This document shows positions 54,200 to 64,000 of a DNA stretch of 64,000 bases, one piece after another. The notes under the pieces are model-generated. The model searched no databases and had not been told where the DNA came from. It saw nothing but the letters and a program-made list of their open reading frames with translations. The position numbers and the translations under genes were made by a program. This DNA comes from Octopus vulgaris. Its lineage: Eukaryota. The stretch lies in contig OX597821.1 of NCBI GenBank assembly GCA_951406725.2, positions 28,210,001 to 28,274,000 of the forward strand, read 5' to 3'. Numbering within the stretch: the first letter of the stretch is position 1; each line of letters opens with the position of its first letter.

Positions 54200-55690
54200 A
54201 TAGGGGCGCCTCGGCTTTAATAGTTTCGAATTAAGTCGTTCTCGAAGATACGGGTTTCAAAAATAACATATGGAAAAATAAATATCAAGTTAAGTCGTTT
54301 TACTCGACTTTATTTCGGTCCGCCAATAAAATTGCAATCGTAAGAATCATTAAAAAACATTAAAAGGACATAAAATCATGTTACAATAAATGAGAATAAA
54401 AGCGTATAAAATCATATTAAAATACAGTAAATGCTAAAATACACACCATAAATTAGCGTAGCATAGTTCTCTAAAGAATGACATCAGCTGTGTTGTCTTA
54501 TTTATCTGTTTTTCGGAGCACAAGTTGTTCCAATATTTACCGTTAGGCGTCGTCGTGATTCCCGCGGTTGTTTTGAATTCAGATTTATTTACATTTATTC
54601 ATCTTTTAGATTCTCATTTACATTCATTTGTAACTTCAATTTTTGTACCATGCCCCCTAAGAAAAGTCCCAGTGAAAGTGCTAAGCGTCATACTATAACG
54701 CTAGAGGATAATTTGGCGATGATAAAGCATCATGATAAAAGTGATAAAGTAGTAGCGATTGCACGATCTTTTGGAGGTGAGTCGGACAACAGATTGTTCA
54801 TAATAAGAACAAACTTTTAATGCATATCATATTTCAAGCCCCGGGGACGAAGACAACTGTCATCAACAGGAAAAAAAAACAAAATTTTTGAAGAAACAGA
54901 AAGTTTTCTATCTATTTGAATTGATGGACAGAATCTTCAGAATGCTACTCTTAGTCAAGTAATCGTTGAGGAGAAAGCGCTGTCTTTGTTTAAGGACCCA
55001 AAGAAAAAATATCCAGATGAGAAAGGTGTAGAGTTCAAGGCAAGTCAAGGATGGTTTATGAGATTTAAACATCGGCGAAATTATAACTTCCTTAAGAAGC
55101 AAGGTGAAAGTGTATCAGCTGAGGAACACGCAGCAGTGGAATTTCCTGCGACATTAAAGATCATCGAAAAAAACGAGCAACAAAATAAAGGAAGAGAAAA
55201 GCAAGTCTAACCTGAGCCGCGCCATTTCATCATAAAGAAAATGCAGCATGCTTTTGCACACTTAGAAAACGCGCTTGCTATGTTCGAAGATATGGATCCA
55301 AAGCTCAACGCTTTTCCAAGATTATAGGGGCTTGTCACGAAGCATTTGCACCTTATCACATAATCCTTCACGAGAAGAGAGTTCAAGGCACTCCTGAACA
55401 GTTTTTTAAACGCATCGAACGACAACAATAACTGCCAGAATCCGCCGATGATGTTGACGTTGACGATACTCTGCCACCTACATCGATAATGTATACACCA
55501 CCAAATTTTACGTATTGGTAAATTTTAAATACTTCATCTGTTTTACATTATTACAAAATGATCAGTATTTGTTTGTAAGTTTAAACTATTTTTTTTTATT
55601 AACCGTATCTTATTGAAAATGCATTCATATATGAAGGGCAGCACTGGGGATTAGATTAGCGATGTAAACACCACTAAACTGTATGTATAG
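54200..55690 (+). mobile_element. Tigger/pogo DNA transposon deletion derivative
   Basis: From ATG 54650: MPPKKSPSESAKRHTITLEDNLAMIK...AIARSFG, then EKALSLFKD...EFKASQGWFMRFKHR...GESVSA (CENP-B-type HTH). The DDE domain is absent and the ends are approximate. Confidence 0.8.
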
Positions 55691-55729
55691 GTAAATTTAG
55701 AATCTTTTTTTTTATTTATTATAAAATAG

Positions 55730-56131
55730 TTTACTCTTTTACTCTTTTACTTGTTTCAGTCATTTGACTGTGGCCATGCTGAAGCACCACCTTTTAGTCG
55801 AGCAAATCAACCCCAGGACTTATTCTTTGTAAGCCTAGTACCTATTCTATCGGTCTCTTTTGCCGAACCGCTAAGTTACGGGGACGTAAACACAACAGCA
55901 TCGGTTGTCAAGCGATGTTGGGGGGACAAACACAGACATACAAACACGCACACACATATATATACATATATACGACGGGCTTCTTTCAGTTTCCGTCTAC
56001 CAAATCCACTCACAAGGCTTTGGTCGGCCCGAGGCTATAGTAGAAGACACTTGCCCAAGGTGCCACGCAGTGGGACTGAACCCGGACCATGTGGTTGGTA
56101 AGCAAGCTACTTACCACACAGCCACTCCTAC
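55730..56131 (-). mobile_element. tRNA-derived SINE family A, full length, well preserved
   Basis: Complete head, body, short internal microsatellite and a (GTAAAAGA)n-type tail. Confidence 0.92.
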
Positions 56132-56839
56132 AATAAATTTGTTTGCAAACTTAAAATAGATTTTACTAATCATGTATTAACCAACATGCATTCATAGGTG
56201 AAATAAGGCACTGGGGAATGGCTCTTAGCAGTTTAGGCGAGACTAGGCCAGACCTATGTGTAACTATATATGCGTAGATATATATGTACAAATTCGGTAT
56301 GACTCGCGCTCCATTACTTGATAAATGAAATAAGTTATAGACAAACAACATAATTTATACTGAAAGTAAAAATGAACAGGAGAATAACAGAAGGTCCGTA
56401 ATTCTTCATCCGTTATCCATTGATTGGTAGTACTCAGTTTCGCACTCTAAACGATAAGAATTTTTTGCGGGCACCACCAAATGGGAAGCACTGAGTATTA
56501 TCGTTCAAGGTCCAAAGCTGAATATTACCAATTGGTCACTAACTGATAACGAATTACGGACCTACTATTTGTTTCTTATTCGTTCTTACATTTAGTATGA
56601 GTTATGTCGTTTGTTTATATATTATTCATGGTACAGTATCGTGTAGCTTTATAGGCGGATAATTTATATTTTAAGCTTAATAACATTAAACACGTATGTT
56701 CTCCTATTGAGATTAAAATTAAAATTATCCTCTCAGAAAAGCCATCTCTACTTATACTGTCACACATATATAGAAATATATATATGTATATATATGTGTA
56801 CATTTTCATGTATGTATATATAAAAGTATCTATATATAA

Positions 56840-56878
<39 letters not shown>

Positions 56879-57034
56879 TATATGTATATATGCATATATA
56901 CATATGTATATGAAATATCTATATCCATATTATATGTATATATGTATTTTTGTGGATATGTATTTACGTGCATATTTCAATATATTTATATACGTCATCT
57001 TATGTGTATTTATATGCTAATGTATACTTATGTA

Positions 57035-57102
<68 letters not shown>

Positions 57103-57303
57103 TTTATTTTATGTATACGTCCGTTACACATGTTCCGTCACCTATCTCTCTTTTCTTTCCTTACGCAAAGTATCCTTTCTCTCCCTTTTCCTCACTTTTA
57201 TAGTGTCCTTAAACAATGCATTCCTCTTCTCCCTCCCCACTTACTTCCCTTCGTCTTTCGCTAGCTGCTACTCTTTTCTTTTTCTTTCCCCTTCCCAAAT
57301 TTT

Positions 57304-57342
<39 letters not shown>

Positions 57343-58612
57343 TTTCATTATGCCTTTATGTATGCTTTTATATATTTTGAAAGTTTTTATAGCTTACAAA
57401 TTTTTGACAATTTATACTTATTTCATAAAATTCACTGTATAATGTAACCTTAATTAATTATATTTTTAATTATACATGATATTCATTATGCGATTATAGG
57501 ACTAAATTTCTTTACACCTAGTATCTGAATTACTCCTTTATATATTTAATACCTGTAATTTACTTATTCTATATGTTAGATCTCATTTCTTACTATATAT
57601 TCTCTTTACCCACCCGTATATTTTTATATTGTAAATATTTCCATTATACATTTATCATAATATTTTACCAAGATATTCTATATACTACATTTATGAAAAG
57701 TCTTTAAATGTCTCTTAAATCTTACAGTATCCCCTTATTAAAATTTTAAGTGTAACTTCTATATATTTAATTATATGTTGATTTATCATTACAAATATGC
57801 TACATTACAATGTGTTCCATCTCTTATTCTCTGAACTTATCTTCCACCCCTAATTTCTAATACTTTTTTCTTTAGTTTTTCATTATCTTTCCCTTTAAGA
57901 TGCCAATCAAAACAAGTATTCTTAGCTTTTGGTAGTCTTTCTTCCAATTATCACCTCTTCTCCATCAGGCATTCTACCCTCTTTTACCACCCCACGTCCT
58001 ACCCTTTGGTGTAGACAAAGTCGAATATAAGGTTCCAGTACTTAGTCTGTTATGTCACACTTTCGGATGCATCTGCTACTCAAATCTTCTCTACTCTACT
58101 CTAGTCTCTGCTACTACTCAACTGTGCTAGTCCCTTGACGTCTAGGCTTCTCCCTCTATATCTACGTATTGGGCTAGCCCACTTCATCGTCTGGGGGCGT
58201 CCACACAACACCTCCACCTTTTGAGTTTTTTAAACCCGATTTTATCAATTTTATTTCTTCGGTGAGAAACTGGCATTTAGATAGATTAGTCTAGTAGGTT
58301 GTGATGATATTAATTGATTTATCACCTTTGTCTAGGATACAGCGACAACCCCCAAAAGATTTAATGTCGATGATTGAAGACTACATTACTCTCTATTTTC
58401 TTCGAAATGCTGGTAAATAGGTCACTACTCTTAATTATTCCCCCCTCTGTTATAACCTCTAATTTCTAGTACGTTTGACACTACACAGACTATGTTCTAA
58501 ACTCATTCCGCCAAAGATACAGCAGCAGAATCAATGTAAATATTCGAGACACGTTGGTGATACGAATATGTAAAGCAATTGGTTTGTCCTTTGTGATTAA
58601 AGTCTATGTAGC

Positions 58613-58693
58613 CATCTGACGAAAACGGCTTCTTTTCAATGATGTAATGTTTCCATTAATCAATTAAAGGAGTCGCTTGAAACGGCCGTAATG
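58613..58693 (+). ncRNA. Type-I hammerhead ribozyme with long stem II
   Basis: Stem I CAT/ATG, CTGACGA 58616-58622, stem II AAACGGCTTCTTT/AAAGGAGTCGCTT, GAAA 58679-58682, palindromic ACGGCCGT and a GUA site. It follows ~1.5 kb of pyrimidine-rich sequence. Confidence 0.75.
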
Positions 58694-58989
58694 AATTTAC
58701 ACCTGTGCATCTTTTGTACTCATTTATATTTTATTCACCTACCCTGAAAACTACAATTGGGAAATATTATAAAAATCTATTTTGATATTTTTATATAAAG
58801 CACATATCTGAACAACCAAGAGCAGATCTCTTCACTAAGTTAGGTTGTGTTATCTGCCTACACTGCAAGAATATCAAGTGCAAACACTTCTGCACAGTGT
58901 TTGATATTCAGCTCCATCTCTCTTTCACCATATATACATATATATATAAGTATTCTTGTATATGTATCTCTATTGTCTATATATATATA

Positions 58990-59485
58990 ATTTAGATTGG
59001 TTTCGGCCATAATCGGCCCTGGCTATGACTAACTCAATAATACCACATCGAAAAGTATTTTAGTTAATTATTCGGGACACCATGGGCCAACTTTGTTGGT
59101 TTAGACATATCCAGATGTAGGTGGTTTATCCGGTATTTCCTGGAGGAATTTTTCCATGTTCCGTTTGAAAGTTGTGGGATCTTTTTCTACTTTAATTTCT
59201 TTCGGGATAACATTTAAAAGAGCAGAACCATTTGCAGTGAAGAAATTGTGTCGCAATGTTCTTATGTGATGTGATCTCGACCTTTATAGGGGACGCATTG
59301 CACGTGGGCCTAATATTGGATGAATTTTAAACATAATACCGATATCATTTGGATAATGCTTGTGAAATATTCTCCACCTAGTCTAAATAATATATCGTTC
59401 ACAGCAGCGTTGTATAGAATAAACTTTCAGCTTTTTAAGTCGAGCCCAATAATCAAGTCCCATCATACCATTTATTTTTTTAGTG
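58990..59485 (-). mobile_element. CR1/L2-like LINE 3' end
   Basis: DYWARLKKLKVYSIQRCCERYII...RHNFFTANGSALLNVIPKEIK...FKRNMEKFLQEIPDKP. Confidence 0.85.
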
Positions 59486-60700
59486 ATAGATAGATATGCA
59501 TATGTCTTCATAAATATATCTGAACATGCGTGTATATATGAATGTTTTCAGGCAAACATAGATACACATGTACATAAATAGACACATATGCAGGCACATG
59601 TACACAACACGCAGACACACACCTACATATAGTTTTCATAAATTTGATACCAAAATATTAGAGTTACTTATTGTAAAAAAAAAATCCTTCCACTATTTTT
59701 CGTAGGCTTATTGAGACTTTTATGTTTATGCCAAAGAAGAAATAACGATAAAAATCTAGATATCACAAACAAGTAAATAATAATAATCATAAAAATTTCT
59801 CCAGATGTTCCTTCAAGTTGTAAAGAAATAACCCGAATCATTGTTAGAAAAGGATATTTCTAATCTAAAACAGCAGACAATAAAACGAAACCACAAAAGT
59901 GTATGATGACTCACATTTTTTTCACTGATATACGGGGATACTTATGGAGAAATAATAGTGTTCCAAACACGCAGCTGCCGAAGTTTGTAATCTTTGAAAT
60001 CGATCTTAATAACAACTGTGAAATCAACAGATATCTTAACATTTTTCATCGCATCCACCATAGAGAAAAGAATCGCTTTAAATGCAAGAGAAATACATGT
60101 TTAAAGCTTAGAGAATTATATATCTAGCGACAATCCTCGCCTATTTATCACAATGAAAAAACGATTTCCTATGAGAAAATTCTATAGTAAAAAAGGGAAA
60201 AAGAACCGAAAATACACTGAATGAAAAATTCGAACAATGGTATTTTATACTTCCAGATGATAATATTCAATTTTACATTTCTCTCTTGGTACATACAAAA
60301 AAAAAAAAAACATTCATACATATACATACATGTGTATATACGTACATATGTACATACACATACACGTATACATCTGTACGTATGTACATACATATATATA
60401 TATTTACAAACATATATACATATATATATATATATGCATGCATACATATTCATGCTCCTATACGCATATACTCATATTTATATGCATATACAAACATACC
60501 TATATATGCGTATACATATATATTTACAGTCATGTTATATGTATGTATTTATGTGTGTCTTTGTGTGTTCGTGTGTATGTGTGTGTATGTATATATAAAT
60601 AAATGTATATATATTTTTCGATATAATTATATCTATACCTATATATTGCTATATTATCTCTCTGTCATCCCCCTCTTCTCTTTCACTCTCTCTCTCTCTC

Positions 60701-60741
<41 letters not shown>

Positions 60742-61439
60742 GAAGAAGAAATAAGGTATGAACTGGCACATCTCTTACCCTATTGTATTTCTTTTCAAAA
60801 TAACATTTGTTGTTCGGTGATTTGATCAATTTCTCCATCATATTTCCATCTCAGGAACACTTACATCAATCATCAGAGTGTTTCTCCATTCCCCATTTAA
60901 TGACATCTATTTTCCTGTATACTTCCAAAATTTAAAAAGCCATCTCAATAATTGATATGGCCTATCATACCCCCATTGACGTATATAACATCAGCTAAAA
61001 ATACAATTTTACACATACATATATATTGTAAATACATAATAATTAAATTGTCAACAATCTTATTTCATGCGTGTGCGTAGGAAGATAGACGGTGCTGTAG
61101 TGTGTCTGCGTTCAAGCATAATGGTATCTATTGATTGACCTGAAGCGTAAGAGGGATGCATAAAGTTCAAGTTAATACATGAAAACGAATAACAAACGAA
61201 ATTATGGTAAGTCCAAAAATGTTTCTTTATTCATATACGCGCACATTTACACACATACATGCACACATTTACACACATACACGTTGACATATGCTGCAAA
61301 CTCACAGTGACTGAAATATTGCTATCATCATTTTAAAACATCTCGTTTCTCTACACCACATATCGCGTATATGAATTTCTCAGAATGTTAGCTTTTATTT
61401 GGAACTTATATCGTTCATTTCCTTACACACAATTGTTAA

Positions 61440-61640
61440 CTGTTAGCAAGCCGCGAAAATGTCTAGCGGCATTTCTTCTGTCTTTACGTTCTGAGTTCGA
61501 AAACCGCCGAGGTTGACTTTGACTTTGTTTTCATCCCGTGAAGGTCATTTAAATAAGTACCAGTTTAGCACTGGGGTCGCTGTGATCGACTTATTCCTTC
61601 CTCTGAAATTGCGGATCTAGTGCCAAAATTGGAAACCATT
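61440..61640 (+). mobile_element. SINE family B-related copy
   Basis: TTTACGTTCTGAGTTCGAAAACCGCCGAGGTTGACTTTG...TAAGTACCAGTTTAGCACTGGGGTCG is the reverse complement of the family B body. Confidence 0.7.
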
Positions 61641-64000
61641 GTGTTGAACAATATATGCTTTTCCATTGTTTTTCCTACGTAGAGTGCTGGGTGTGTTCTT
61701 TCTTTTACCTTGAGCATTGATAGCATAAATTCAATATAAATAACTTAATAAAAGAAATAGATTCATTTTGTATTTTGTCTGACAATTATTTCCATTTTAC
61801 TACACTTGTATACCCTAAATAAGCTGGCATAACGATCGGTTGATAAATATATTGCTTTAATACTACTAGATTCAAAGTGAGATAACGAAGTTGAGATAAC
61901 AAAGTGTATTAAATTTCATTAGTTCTTAATAACAATAGAACTTATCTAGGATATCTTCTGCTATATGGCAATTATTTTATTAAAGAACTGAGGTGAATAT
62001 ACAATGTGTAAAGTTGTAACCGTTTACACATATATTGCTCGCCGGCTCACTACATCAATGTCAGACAAACTTTAGGGGATCCGTAGCACCTTTCACCGAA
62101 TGCCGAGCCACAAATGTATTATAAGGTGTTCATACCTGAGTGTTTTCTTTTGGGTTTCTTTTTATCACCTGGCATACAGTATCGGTGTTGAGTTGGTTAG
62201 TTGTTTTGAAAATGTTCTGTTTCCTTCAAGGCCATTAGTGACGGAATTTATAGTAAGAAAAGCTCAAACGTGAGAGAAACGTGACTGCCCTAACAGAGAA
62301 CACCTTGAAAAAGAAAGTGATTATACAGACACGGCAAGAAAAGACAACTGAAGTAAGACATATACAGAACAAATAGATACCCCTCATGAATAATAAAGCT
62401 AGGTGAGATATTCTAAGCATTGAAAAGTATAGTATAGAAGGGAATGAGCGCACCACACTATTATAAGTTAGGAAGACAACATTAACAGGGCCCCTCGGAG
62501 AGAGTCATGTGAAAGAAATTGTCGTAAAGCATTTTATGAAGAAATAAGTTCACCATGTTGTAATCCTACTGAGAAAGTTCTCTCATCTCTATGCAGTAGG
62601 AGATGGTTGTGCTGCTGTGAAAATTCAAGAAATCATCTATGCGGGGGTTATGCAAAATTAGAAATTATTCGGTGCGCACATCATCCTGTACACTGTATGA
62701 ATGGCAATATATCAAAGTGCTGATTACCTTTACTGTAGATCAACTTTGTAACATTGTGGTGGCAAGGACAATTAAAATAGTGTCGGGGGGAGTTGCACTC
62801 CACAAAAAAGGTGATGAAGGACAAAGTAGAAGAATAAGCGAAGGAAAGATATTACACCGTTCTCAGTATTGGATTAATTATTGATGAGTGCTGCTGGATT
62901 TAAAGAAATCACTCATATTTTCAGCCTTCAATTCAGTGATAATGTACTTCCTAAAGTTATAGCACATTATAACGTCACGAAAGTATTTAATTATTAATGT
63001 AATGCTGTCAGAGATAGTCAGATATTGTGGGTGTCTGAGATAAAACGAATTCATATTTTCCGGTAGCGACTCCGGTAGAATTTGCCGAAATCAAGTACAC
63101 CTCAAATTTACAGGTGATGAATAGAGTTACTTGGAGTGATAGCTATAGGCAGAATATATATTATACACTGTAATGTCATTTTATAAATTTTAGATAATGC
63201 TATGGATCACTCTGAAACCCTTCTCGTTGCATGTGATATATTCATGGATAGAAAAATGCATACACCCACTATATTTCAGCCTTGTCCAACTATCCACAGT
63301 TATGTTGTCGACTTAGGAGTGAGAAGATATTTGAGAAGACTACAAACTGCAGGGAGATTTACAGATATTGCTAAGAAAGTTTTTAGAAACAAATAACCTT
63401 AAATTCATTTCATACTATGTACGAAAGCTTAGGAATATAAACTAAAATTTAACAAAGATGCCGCGCTTTCATTTGATAATTAAAAAAAAATAGTGTCTAT
63501 TAAATGTAGAAAATGAGATAGTACACATTTTAAAAAAAAGAAACATGATTTGTAATTTGAAAGATGTTGTAGTTGGCGGGAAGAGTGAGAGAGGGAGAGG
63601 TACCGATATTTATATATGCATTTGCTCTCTTGCTCATACATTAATTTGAAGAATAGGATTCCACACAGTAGATTGTCTATAGCCAATACTTAACTGAGAA
63701 GGGCCCTACACTACTGCATTTAATCTCAGAATTTGGGCACAGTTTCAGGCTGAGCATTTATCGAATGTTTTAATTATGTTATCTTCTACATCTTATTGTG
63801 CCGCATAAATATATAGGATGTTTGAACTAAATTTGGTAGTTTGCATATATAGGAAAGAAAACACAATATCGAATTCAATAAAATTATTGTATGTTAAATT
63901 ATGGAAAGATATCAATTAAGCAATGACTGCGCAATAGCTATTTATTGATAGTAGTAACCCGTCAGCTCCAACATCAGCCTCATGACGTTTCTGGAATCTA

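Noticed and set aside
62230-62900. Purine-rich, possibly coding remnant
   Set aside because: No recognisable motif and stops in the frames examined, so it cannot be classified without a search.

Overview
This is an AT-rich, microsatellite-dense eukaryotic intergenic or intronic window. Its SINE and retroposon families look like those of an octopus or other coleoid cephalopod (inference from family recognition). I found no intact host gene, and nearly all ORF-track entries are translated (TA)n, (CA)n or (AAT)n repeats. The window holds decayed mobile elements: several tRNA-derived SINE families, CR1/L2-like, RTE and R4/Dong-like LINEs, nested non-autonomous Helitrons, and mariner, Tigger/pogo and gypsy remnants. 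The most notable signal is about ten minimal type-I hammerhead ribozyme (HHR) motifs from at least six unrelated families. Most have a palindromic stem III, sit next to (TA)n tracts and lie in Penelope-like termini, some of which form fold-back inverted repeats. Two cases stand out: a family with a non-canonical A6U core linked to a GIY-YIG C-terminus, and a tRNA-headed SINE with an HHR tail. All structures were read by eye and no search or folding program was run.
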